Assembly (NCBI GenBank): GCA_030607875.1
Contig: JAUWJD010000007.1
Coordinates: 36,756 to 100,755 of the forward strand
Direction of reading: 5' to 3'
Source: Chloroflexota bacterium
Lineage (GTDB): Bacteria; Chloroflexota; Anaerolineae; UBA2200
Length of the DNA: 64,000 bases
Below are positions 10,018 through 18,030 of the stretch, one piece after another. The notes under the pieces are model-generated. The model saw only the letters and a list, made by a program, of their open reading frames with translations. It had not been told where the DNA came from and did no database searches. The position numbers and the translations under genes are program-made. Numbering within the stretch: position 1 is the first letter of the stretch; each line of letters opens with the position of its first letter.

Positions 10018-11013
10018 CTACCTCCGTCGGTATGGGGCACTTCCCGGCAAGCCAGTTTCCTCCAGGGCTTGCAGGACGCTGATGGCAACAAGCTGCTCGC
10101 CTGCGGGCGTCAGATGCACGCCGTCTTCAGCTAGCAGTGGCGCATGCCCGTTCCGCTCCTGCCGAAGGGATGGCGTCTCGGTCTGCGCATGATTCTTAAG
10201 GATCTCGTGCAGATCCAGTAGATGCGTTTCGTCTCTGGTTGCTGTATCTCGGATGACGCGATTGTATTCGTCATAAATGGCCCGTTGCCGCTGCTGCAGG
10301 GCTGGCCCGAGATCGGCGTGGAAAGCTTCGGTGACCGGGGTCATTGTGGCAAGGAACAATGTTGTGTTGCCATTCTGCTGGATCCTGGCCACCAGGCATT
10401 CCTGGGCCATTTTCAAGCCCTCACGGGATACGCGGGGCTGTGGCTCACCTTCCGTACTTATCTCTATCGGGCGCTCTAGCCAGCCGAACCTACGCAGCAA
10501 GCGTCGGATACGTCCGCGTAGGGTCAGGTAGAGGTGGCTATGTCGTAGCAGCGAGTCTGTGCGCTCCCACAAGTAGAGGGCTCCACACATCTGGCGTTCA
10601 CGGACTGGGTCCAGCGGCCAGTACCCCAGATTGCCGTCGTTCAACCCAAAGGCGACAATCACAGCATGCGGCTTGTACCACAGAACGTCTCGCTGCAAAC
10701 GAGCCAGGCCCTGCACCGAAGTGTGTCCACCTATGCCAACGTTGATTACCGCCACGTCCAGGTCTATGTGCCTCTGCCGGAGCAAGTCAGCTAGTACAGC
10801 CGGAAAAGACTGCTCATAGGGCAAATCCTCGCCGAAAGTGATGGAATCGCCGAAGCAGACAACGCGATATTTGTCCCTGATGTTTTCCCAGGTTATCGCG
10901 CGGGTCTCTGCACGCAGCACAGCGGGCAGTCTTGCCCTCGCGGTGCGCTGGTGATATACACGGAGGGACAAATCCGCAGTAATGAGCAATACAAGCACAA
11001 AGACGATTAGCAT
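10018..11013 (-). CDS. SGNH/GDSL-family hydrolase with N-terminal membrane anchor
   Basis: Block I FGDSITFG, block II GIGGHTS, block III FGLNDG, block V DGVHLTPAG. The start is set at MLIVFVLVLL (11013), because the longer ORF N-terminus is translation of a repeat fragment. Confidence 0.75.
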   Translation of the reverse strand: MLIVFVLVLLITADLSLRVYHQRTARARLPAVLRAETRAITWENIRDKYRVVCFGDSITFGEDLPYEQSFPAVLADLLRQRHIDLDVAVINVGIGGHTSVQGLARLQRDVLWYKPHAVIVAFGLNDGNLGYWPLDPVRERQMCGALYLWERTDSLLRHSHLYLTLRGRIRRLLRRFGWLERPIEISTEGEPQPRVSREGLKMAQECLVARIQQNGNTTLFLATMTPVTEAFHADLGPALQQRQRAIYDEYNRVIRDTATRDETHLLDLHEILKNHAQTETPSLRQERNGHAPLLAEDGVHLTPAGEQLVAISVLQALEETGLPGSAPYRRR

Positions 11014-11149
11014 ACGCTTGGAGATTATATGCTCCCTTTGCCCTTTTCGCAAAAGCCGAGGATTGAAATCCCCAGCTGACACTGAGATGTGCCCCAAGGC
11101 ACTGTCTTCCAGCCCCTGATGGGGCCTCTCGGTTTCACCGCCGCAGGGC

Positions 11150-11230
11150 CCTGCCGAAGGTCTTGGCGAAGACAAGGCCGAAGGTCTCGTTGCCGAAGGG
11201 TCCCGCACCGACGGGATAGCATCGACGGGG
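11150..11230. repeat. Orphan copy of the GC-rich repeat cassette
   Basis: GCCGAAGGTCTTGGCGAAGACAAGGCCGAAGGTCTCG..CCGAAGGGTCCCGCACCGACGGGATAGCATCGACGGGG resembles the cassette in copies B, F and G (for example 58283-58345). Confidence 0.7.
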
Positions 11231-11364
11231 AACGTCGAATTCATTCAGCGGCTTCGCACGAAGGCTGGTGACCGCTATTCGCTGGGGATACGGGAGACAA
11301 CGCACAGACACTTGCCGGGGGAGGGCTACGCTGCCATTCTGGGAAGCAAAGGACCGAGTGGTGA

Positions 11365-12258
11365 CTACACCCTCAGCTTCGGATCCAGGGAATCGCGCAA
11401 GCCGTCGCCCAGGAGGTTGAAACCCAGGACGGTCAGCATGATGGCCATGCCGGGGAAGAGCACGATGTGAGGCGCAGTGAATACTGCGTAGCGCCCCTGG
11501 CCCAGCATGGCTCCCCATTCTGGCCTGGGCGGTTGGGCACCGAGGCCCAGAAAGCTCAGGCCGGCCGCGTCGAGAATAGCGGTACCGATGCCCAGCGTGC
11601 CCTGCACAATAAGCGGAGTCAAGGTGTTGGGGAAGACATTGCGGAAGAGGATGCGTGAGGGCGGCGCCCCAATGGCTCGGGCAGCCAGGATATAGTCCTG
11701 CTCCTTCACTGACAACACCGAAGCACGCACGATGCGCGCGTAGGCGGGAATGGAGACGATGCCGATGGCGTACAGCATGTTCATCAAGCCCGGCCCCAGG
11801 ATGGTGACGATGGCCAGGGCCAGCAGCAGTGCAGGGAAGGCCAGCATGATGTCCATCAGGCGCATCACGATGTTGTCCACCCAACCGCCCGCGTACCCGG
11901 AGAGAGCGCCGATGACTGCCCCGATGACGATGGCGAATCCAACGGACACGACGCCAACTTGCAGGGAAAGTCGCGCCCCGAAGATGATGCGGCTCAGAAT
12001 ATCCCTCCCCAGGTCATCTCGACCGAGCGCGTGTTCCTGTGAGGGAGGCCTGCGCCGCATGATGAGTTCTTGCTTGATGGGATCATAGGGTGCGATAAGC
12101 GGCGCAAAGATGGCGGTGAGGAGGAACGTGCCCATGATGACCAAGCCCGTGATCGCCAATTTGTTCCTGAATAGGCGACGCATGGCGTCGCGGAACAGGC
12201 TGCTCCGTGGCCCCATTCTTTCACTGACGTCAGAGTTCGTGCGCCTAATGGAGTTCAT
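11365..12258 (-). CDS. ABC transporter permease, DppC/OppC type
   Basis: 297 aa with multiple TM segments and the EAA-like region ILAARAIGAPPSRILFRNVFPN, typical of peptide/nickel permeases. Confidence 0.9.
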   Translation of the reverse strand: MNSIRRTNSDVSERMGPRSSLFRDAMRRLFRNKLAITGLVIMGTFLLTAIFAPLIAPYDPIKQELIMRRRPPSQEHALGRDDLGRDILSRIIFGARLSLQVGVVSVGFAIVIGAVIGALSGYAGGWVDNIVMRLMDIMLAFPALLLALAIVTILGPGLMNMLYAIGIVSIPAYARIVRASVLSVKEQDYILAARAIGAPPSRILFRNVFPNTLTPLIVQGTLGIGTAILDAAGLSFLGLGAQPPRPEWGAMLGQGRYAVFTAPHIVLFPGMAIMLTVLGFNLLGDGLRDSLDPKLRV

Positions 12259-12309
12259 GGATGCGCCTCAAGTCGGTAGTGGTTGTTTTGCACGTTTGGA
12301 CTCGCAGCT

Positions 12310-13389
12310 CTACTCGTAGTGGATGCGGGGGTCAACATAGGCATAGGAGATATCCACCAGCAGGTTGACGACGACAAAGATCAGCGCGATGATCAGCACA
12401 CAGCCCTGCACGACTGGGTAGTCGCGGGACAGGATGCGGTCCACCACCAGTCGGCCCAGGCCGGGCCAGGAGAAGATGGTTTCCGTCAGGATGGCACCGC
12501 CCAGCAGCGTGCCGAGCGCTAGGCCGATGACGGTGATGATCGGCAAGAATGCATTCTTGAGCGCGTGTTTCAGCAGTATCCCCTTTTCTGTCTGCCCCTT
12601 GGCCCGCGCTGTGCGTATGTAATCCTCCCCCAGCACTTCCAGCATGCTGGAGCGGGTCATGCGCGCGATCACTGCCATGGGGATGCTGCCCAGGGCGACG
12701 GAAGGCAGGACCAGGTGGCTCAGCACATCCCGCAATGCCGTCAAGTTCCCGGTGAGAATCGCTCGCAAGACATAGAAGCCGGAGAAGAACTCGTCCGCCG
12801 TCATGATTCGCATTGAGGATGGACCCGTCGGGCCTGTGGAAAGCCCCCAGGCCTCGGCGATGGTTTGCATCTCCACGCCGATGGTCAGCCGGGCCGAAGG
12901 GGGCAGCCACTTCAACAGGAAGCCAAAAATGTAGGCCAGCATCAGACCCAGCCAAAAGATGGGCATGGATACGCCCAGCAGCGAGCCGAACATGGTGGCC
13001 AGGTCGAAGGCAGAGTTGTGCCGGTACGCCGCAAAGATGCCCGCCGGGATGCCCACCACACAGGCCACGAGCAGCGCACCCAGCGTCAGCTCCACGGTGG
13101 CAGGCAGGCGCTGGCCGATCTCTTGCAGGACGGGGCGGTTGGTCTTGACAGAGCGGCCCAGGTCCAGGCGCAGCACGCTCTCGACGTAGCGCAGGTACTG
13201 CACCGGCAGGGGCTCATCCATCCCCATTCGCTCCCTGAGCTCGGCAATCGCAGCGTCGGTGGCGTGCTCCCCCAGCATGACCTCCCATGGGTCGCCGGGG
13301 ATCAGGCGCAGCATGGCAAAAGTCACGATGGAGATACCGATCAGGACAGGGATCAGCAGCAACAGGCGGCGGATGATGTATCGAGTCAA
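12310..13389 (-). CDS. ABC transporter permease, DppB/OppB type
   Basis: MTRYIIRRLLLLIPVLIGISIVTFAMLRLIPGDP... and YIRTARAKG are canonical DppB/OppB motifs. Confidence 0.9.
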   Translation of the reverse strand: MTRYIIRRLLLLIPVLIGISIVTFAMLRLIPGDPWEVMLGEHATDAAIAELRERMGMDEPLPVQYLRYVESVLRLDLGRSVKTNRPVLQEIGQRLPATVELTLGALLVACVVGIPAGIFAAYRHNSAFDLATMFGSLLGVSMPIFWLGLMLAYIFGFLLKWLPPSARLTIGVEMQTIAEAWGLSTGPTGPSSMRIMTADEFFSGFYVLRAILTGNLTALRDVLSHLVLPSVALGSIPMAVIARMTRSSMLEVLGEDYIRTARAKGQTEKGILLKHALKNAFLPIITVIGLALGTLLGGAILTETIFSWPGLGRLVVDRILSRDYPVVQGCVLIIALIFVVVNLLVDISYAYVDPRIHYE

Positions 13390-13445
13390 GCTTGGGACCT
13401 CCGGAACGTTTTTGCTCTTGTGCTACAATCTCACTTGCCCGGTAT

Positions 13446-13567
13446 GTCATTCTGAGCGACCGAAGGGAGCGAAGAATCTCCCACGATTGCCTCTCTTGCC
13501 GTCGGAAACTGAGACTCTTCCCTTCGACTCTGCTCAGGCCAGGCGTCTTTTCGCTCCTCAGAATAAC
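13446..13567. repeat. Palindromic intergenic element with GTCATTCTGAG / CTCAGAATAAC arms
   Basis: GTCATTCTGAGCGACCGAAGGGAGCGAAGAATCTC, then about 75 nt, then GCGTCTTTTCGCTCCTCAGAATAAC. The arms are imperfect inverted repeats. Confidence 0.6.
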
Positions 13568-13689
13568 AGATGAGGTTGAGGTTTGGACTACAGTCGGAAA
13601 TCTGCCCCTGTGGCCCAATCAGGCAGGTGACGCAGCGACAGACGGTGGGGTCAGCCGAAACGGCAGGCCCCTTCACCGGCATACAGAAG

Positions 13690-13724
13690 CCTACAGTGCA
13701 GGGCATGTGGCCCTGCACTGTAGG
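13690..13724 (-). promoter_or_regulatory. Perfect 15-bp stem-loop just downstream of the solute-binding-protein gene (intercistronic)
   Basis: CCTACAGTGCAGGGC ATGTG GCCCTGCACTGTAGG, starting 33 nt after the SBP stop. There is no U-tract, so it looks more like an mRNA-stabilising or partial-termination hairpin than a full terminator. Confidence 0.6.
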
Positions 13725-13756
13725 TTGGATCAGGAATCTTGGTTAGAGCGTTAGCC

Positions 13757-15622
13757 CTATTCCTCTATCACGTCTCCCTTGAACCCGCCGAAGAACCAGG
13801 ACCAGTACTGGAAGGCCTGGCTGTTGCCAGCGCGGTTCGGGTGGTCCTTGTCCCAGATGCGGTCAAGGTTGAACAGGACGGCATCGGCGTTAAAGTCGGT
13901 GCCATCGTGGAACTTGACGCCCTTGCGCAGGTGGAAGGTCCACGTCAGGCCGTCCTCAGAGATCTCGTAGCTCTCTGCCAGGGCCGGGTAGGCCTTGGTG
14001 TCCGTGGGCCCGAAGCGGAACAGGCTGTCAAAGACCTGCGAGCCGATGTAGAAGGACTCGCCATCCGTCTCGTCCACCACGTCCAGGCCAACCGCGTCGC
14101 CGCTGCGGGCGATGATCATCGTATCCCCGTCGAACGACCAATCGACCCACTCGTCGAACATCGAGTGCGGCGCGTAGTCGATGAGCGCAAGATTGGAGGC
14201 GTATATCTCCGAAGCGTGCACAATCGGTATGCCGAGGGCCGCACCGTGGATCAATGCGTTGGCCTCATAGTACAGGCGCTCGCGTGCGACCGCATCCGCC
14301 TCGGTCTTGGCCTGGAACAGCCGCTGGTAAACGGTCTCATCGGGGATCATGTCCGAATCCCACCGCTTGCCGCCTGGCCCGAAGAAGGTAAACAGGTAGT
14401 TATCCGGGTCCATAAAGTCCGGCATCCAGCCCAGCATGAACAGGCCCCCGTGTTCGCCGTCCCTGGTCAAGGCCAGGTAGGTGCCCCAGTCGTGGGTGAC
14501 GATCTGGGCGTCGATGCCCACGACCGCCAGATCGGCCTGGATGGCCTCGCCGACTTTGGTCGGGTCGGGGTAGTAGCCGCGCGCAACGGGCATCACCCAC
14601 AGCTCGGTCTTGAACCCATTGGGGTAGCCAGCCTCGGCCAGCAGTTCCCTGGCCCGCTCGGGGCTGTAGTTATAAGCTGGGATGTCGTCGTTGTAGCCCC
14701 ACAGGCTGGGTGGGATGTAGTTCTTGGCCACCATGCCGGTGCCGGGATACAGCGCCTCAACGATGGCACCCCTGTTGATGGCGTGGCGGAGCGCCTGCCG
14801 CACCTTCACGTCGCGCAGGACTTCCACCCCATCTTCATTCTTCCACGCCAGGTTCGTGCCTACGTAGCCGATGTTCACCGGCGGGACCTTGTAGACCAGG
14901 AGGTTAGGATCTGCCTCAGTGGCAGCGATGTCGTCGGCGATGATGTTGTAGATAAAGTCCACCGTGCCAGCTTGCAGCTCCAGCAATCGGGCGGTGGGCT
15001 CAACGATCACCCGGTAGATCAGCGTATCGATGTCGGGTGCCCCGCCCCAGTAGTCCGGGTTGGCCTCCAGGGTGATCTTGTCCTCAGGCACCCATTCCAC
15101 GAACTTGTAGGAGCCGGTGCCGACCGGGTTGAACATGTAGTCGGCGCCAAACTTCTTGATCGCGTCGGGGCTGCTGATAGACAGCATGGGCGTGGCCAGC
15201 TGGGACAATAGGGGCGCGTGGTAGCTGTAGAAGGTGAGATTGACGGTGTAGTCATCCACCTTGCTGATAGATTTCAGGTTGCAGGCGGCGGTAGCGCCAG
15301 CGGGGATGGTGTCAGCAATGACTTCTGCCGCCACGATCACTGCTGGTGCAGCGGCCTCACCGGTGGGGACGTCCAGCTTCCAGCCGACCAGGATCAGGTC
15401 GGGGTTCTCGATAAAGGCGTAGCTGGAATCCGTGGCGTTCATAGCATTCGTGGCCTCAACAATTTCCAGGTAGCGGTTGCCATCGCCCAGGTACGTTGCG
15501 GAAATCTTGAACAGCGTATCCCCGGACACAACGACATAGTCCTCGGCCAGTGCCGCAGGCACACTGCTCAGCAAAATGGCCAGGGTCATCAGCACCGCTA
15601 GAACGAGTCTGCGAACTTTCAT
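13757..15622 (-). CDS. ABC transporter solute-binding protein, family 5 (peptide/oligosaccharide type) with an N-terminal LysM domain
   Basis: Signal peptide MKVRRLVLAVLMTLAILLSSVPAALA. LysM-like YVVVSGDTLFKISATYLGDGNRYLEIVEATN...DLILVGWKLDVP. A family-5 SBP body follows (NPVGTGSYKFVEWVPEDKITLEANPDYWGG). Confidence 0.88.
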   Translation of the reverse strand: MKVRRLVLAVLMTLAILLSSVPAALAEDYVVVSGDTLFKISATYLGDGNRYLEIVEATNAMNATDSSYAFIENPDLILVGWKLDVPTGEAAAPAVIVAAEVIADTIPAGATAACNLKSISKVDDYTVNLTFYSYHAPLLSQLATPMLSISSPDAIKKFGADYMFNPVGTGSYKFVEWVPEDKITLEANPDYWGGAPDIDTLIYRVIVEPTARLLELQAGTVDFIYNIIADDIAATEADPNLLVYKVPPVNIGYVGTNLAWKNEDGVEVLRDVKVRQALRHAINRGAIVEALYPGTGMVAKNYIPPSLWGYNDDIPAYNYSPERARELLAEAGYPNGFKTELWVMPVARGYYPDPTKVGEAIQADLAVVGIDAQIVTHDWGTYLALTRDGEHGGLFMLGWMPDFMDPDNYLFTFFGPGGKRWDSDMIPDETVYQRLFQAKTEADAVARERLYYEANALIHGAALGIPIVHASEIYASNLALIDYAPHSMFDEWVDWSFDGDTMIIARSGDAVGLDVVDETDGESFYIGSQVFDSLFRFGPTDTKAYPALAESYEISEDGLTWTFHLRKGVKFHDGTDFNADAVLFNLDRIWDKDHPNRAGNSQAFQYWSWFFGGFKGDVIEE

Positions 15623-15787
15623 TTCTTCTTCCTCCCTTTGAATTGAAACGGGTCACTCTTGTCGAACATCGCCTAAACGGAACGTGCTTCAAGATGGTTT
15701 CGCTGACAGCCACCTCCTTTCTTCTCTCTCAGCGCCAAAACTCTTCATGGAGATACGACGGGGAGCCACGTATTGTGGTCTGACATA

Positions 15788-15816
15788 AGTTTACCTGATA
15801 ATCACAAAAATGTCAA
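15788..15816 (-). promoter_or_regulatory. Putative promoter of the ABC importer operon
   Basis: The reverse strand reads TTGACA, 17 nt, TAAACT, about 165 nt upstream of the SBP start. Confidence 0.4.
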
Positions 15817-15849
15817 AGGCTGGTAACCTGTCATTGAGCTGGGTGCTGT

Positions 15850-16878
15850 CTACTCGCGAGCGCCCCGTCGCAACCACCTGCCGACAGTTCGTCCCAGCGC
15901 ACGAATGTGTCGGGTCACGGCGTCAGCAACCTTCTCCCCAGCAACGATGAACAGGATAGCACCCACGAACGTGGCGATCAGCAGAATGACTCCGGTGATG
16001 GCCAGCTCCCTGTTGGTGTTCTGCGAAGCTGGGCGGCTGGAAGTAGTGCCCAGAGCTCCACGTTCCAGTTCCATACGCCAGCTTGCCTCCACATCGCAAA
16101 TGCTCTCTCCGTAGGCTGTGGCAAAGCGTTCCTCGATTTTTTCTCTCTGGCTGTATTTGTCCAGTTCAAACAGCTTCGATAGCTTCTCTGGCCCGTATAC
16201 TGCCAGCAGGTACTTGGTGAACGAGCCTGCCGTGGTGTAGGCCGGATAGGTTTTGTAAGAGCGAAAGTCCCAGTTGGTGAGCAAGCGCTTCAAGCGAACG
16301 AGACGGCCCTGTTCGAGCAGTAGGTTGGCTCGCTCGTGTACATCCCTTTCTCCCGGCGTCCAGTCCCATCCAAAGGCGGTGGCCAGTCCCTCGTCGAAGA
16401 AGGATGGGGGCTCGCCCAACGTCTCGTGCGCCAGCACATGCATCACTTCGTGTGCATCGTAGCGGTGCACAGAATGCAGTTCTGACCCCTGCCCGCCCTC
16501 TGCAGCCACCACGACACCGGTGCTCTTGGAACCGGTCACCTGGTAGAGATCCAGTTGGGATGGGTGCTTGTAGAATGGAATCAGGCCCGCAAAGTCAACT
16601 TGCAGCGCGGCGCATGCCGCATTCAGGTGGTCTTCAGCAAGCTCCATGGCCCAGCGGGGGATGTGGTCGCCGGAACGAACATAGTAGCGGAAGTGTTCGG
16701 TCTCGGCAAACAGCACCCAGTTTTCGACGGCGACGGTGCCGGGTGGCGCCATCTTGGGGCCAGGTCGGAAAAAGTGTACCACCCTGTCTGTGAGGGACGC
16801 CACTCCTCCTACGTAGAGGGAGGCTAGAGCGAACAGCAGGAGCACGAAGGCGGCGGCAAGAAGTACTCTCTTGAACAT
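15850..16878 (-). CDS. Membrane-anchored putative zinc metallopeptidase (peptidase MA-like)
   Basis: N-terminal TM (VLLAAAFVLLLFALASLYVGG), HEVMHVLAHE...FFDEGLA (HExxH plus a downstream Glu) and a C-terminal TM (ITGVILLIATFVGAILFIVAG). Confidence 0.6.
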   Translation of the reverse strand: MFKRVLLAAAFVLLLFALASLYVGGVASLTDRVVHFFRPGPKMAPPGTVAVENWVLFAETEHFRYYVRSGDHIPRWAMELAEDHLNAACAALQVDFAGLIPFYKHPSQLDLYQVTGSKSTGVVVAAEGGQGSELHSVHRYDAHEVMHVLAHETLGEPPSFFDEGLATAFGWDWTPGERDVHERANLLLEQGRLVRLKRLLTNWDFRSYKTYPAYTTAGSFTKYLLAVYGPEKLSKLFELDKYSQREKIEERFATAYGESICDVEASWRMELERGALGTTSSRPASQNTNRELAITGVILLIATFVGAILFIVAGEKVADAVTRHIRALGRTVGRWLRRGARE

Positions 16879-16997
16879 GCTTGACCCTTATTGCACGGCG
16901 TTTTGTGCAATCCTCTGATCTACCATATAATACCCAATTATGGGTTAGCGGGTTCATTATAGCATAAACTCGACATTGGGCAAGGAGGAGACGGGAA

Positions 16998-17915
16998 ATG
17001 GTATCATTCAAGAGTGTTTCAGTGGCGGCTCGATTCGGCTTGGTGGCGCTCGTCGCCATCGCCGCACTCATGGGGGGCTGTGCGCCAGAAGCGCCGCCGG
17101 CCACGCCAACGCCGCAGCCAACAGAGCCACAGCCCGCTGAGGGAACGCCGGCAAGTGCCCCAGCAACTGCCGTTCCCACACCAGCAGGGCCCACCGCGAC
17201 TCCACAGCCCACCATGACGCCGCGTCCTGCGGCCACACCGACCTCGGCACCTAGTAACAAACCGAACACCGTGTACATCCAGGGCGGCGAATTCATCCTG
17301 GGCAGCGACACAGGCAGTGAGGACGAAACTCCGCAGCAGGAGATGACCGTCAGCAGCTTTAACATCGACATCTACCCGGTGACCAATGCCGAGTACAAGG
17401 AGTTTGTCGATGCCAGCGGCCACAACCCGCCGCGCACCTGGAAAGAGGGCACCCATCCGGATGGGACGGCCAACCACCCAGTGATCTGGGTCAATTGGTC
17501 CGACGCCCAGGCTTATTGCGAGTGGGCGGGCAAGCGCCTGCCGACGGAGTTTGAGTGGGAAAAGGCCGCACGCGGAACCGATGGGCGCGTCTATCCCTGG
17601 GGCAACGCCTTTGACGCGGCCAAGTGCAACAGCAGGGAAAGCGGCTTGAAGGCAACCAGCGCCGTGGGCAGCTACGCGGATGGCATCAGCCCCGACGGGG
17701 TGTTCGACATGGCCGGCAATGTGTGGGAGTGGACCGCAGACTGGTACCAGGCCTATCGCGCCAGCCTCTACGAACTGAGCCGCTACGGCGAGCAGTACAA
17801 AGTGCTGCGCGGTGGTTCCTGGTTTGATGGGCAGGACTCACTGCGCAGCACGGTGCGCAAGAGCTTTGACCCCAACCAGGGCTTTAGCACCATCGGCTTC
17901 CGCTGCGCGGAGTAG
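16998..17915 (+). CDS. Formylglycine-generating enzyme (SUMF1/FGE-sulfatase) family lipoprotein
   Basis: Lipobox LMGGC, a PT-rich linker, then HPVIWVNWSDAQAYCEWAGKRLPTEFEWEKAARG...NVWEWTADW...RGGSW. Confidence 0.85.
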   Translation: MVSFKSVSVAARFGLVALVAIAALMGGCAPEAPPATPTPQPTEPQPAEGTPASAPATAVPTPAGPTATPQPTMTPRPAATPTSAPSNKPNTVYIQGGEFILGSDTGSEDETPQQEMTVSSFNIDIYPVTNAEYKEFVDASGHNPPRTWKEGTHPDGTANHPVIWVNWSDAQAYCEWAGKRLPTEFEWEKAARGTDGRVYPWGNAFDAAKCNSRESGLKATSAVGSYADGISPDGVFDMAGNVWEWTADWYQAYRASLYELSRYGEQYKVLRGGSWFDGQDSLRSTVRKSFDPNQGFSTIGFRCAE

Positions 17916-17960
17916 GCAGGGGAAGCCTCACCGCGTTTGAAAGGTTTCGGATGACAGACC

Positions 17961-18021
17961 AGAAACCCGGTATCCCCATGGCGCTGCCCGCCAGGGTATG
18001 TGTCCGAGATACCGGGTTTCT
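17961..18021. terminator. Long-loop palindrome between convergent genes (putative bidirectional terminator)
   Basis: AGAAACCCGGTATC, 33 nt, GATACCGGGTTTCT. The arm sequence is nearly identical to the cysS terminator at 59862. Confidence 0.45.
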
Positions 18022-18030
18022 CTGCTAGTG

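Noticed and set aside
11135-11884. 249-aa alternative-frame ORF overlapping the DppC-type permease and the repeat fragment
   Set aside because: It shares a strand with the permease but in a different frame. It is Pro/Arg/Gly/His-rich, and the permease frame has clear family motifs.
13739-15211. Long antisense ORFs opposite real genes. Examples: 13739..15211 (+, 490 aa), 24419..25729 (+, 436 aa), 32050..33282 (-, 410 aa), 33403..34332 (-), 29463..30500 (+), 43001..43846 (+), 58348..59151 (-).
   Set aside because: They are typical shadow ORFs of high-GC coding DNA. Their products are Arg/Gly/His/Val-rich and low-complexity, with no motifs. Each lies opposite a gene with an unambiguous family signature.
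16634-17371. 245-aa reverse ORF spanning the divergent promoter region and the 5' part of the FGE-family gene
   Set aside because: It crosses an intergenic region and overlaps two well-supported genes. Its Gly/Ala/Val repeats are the antisense reading of the PT-rich linker.
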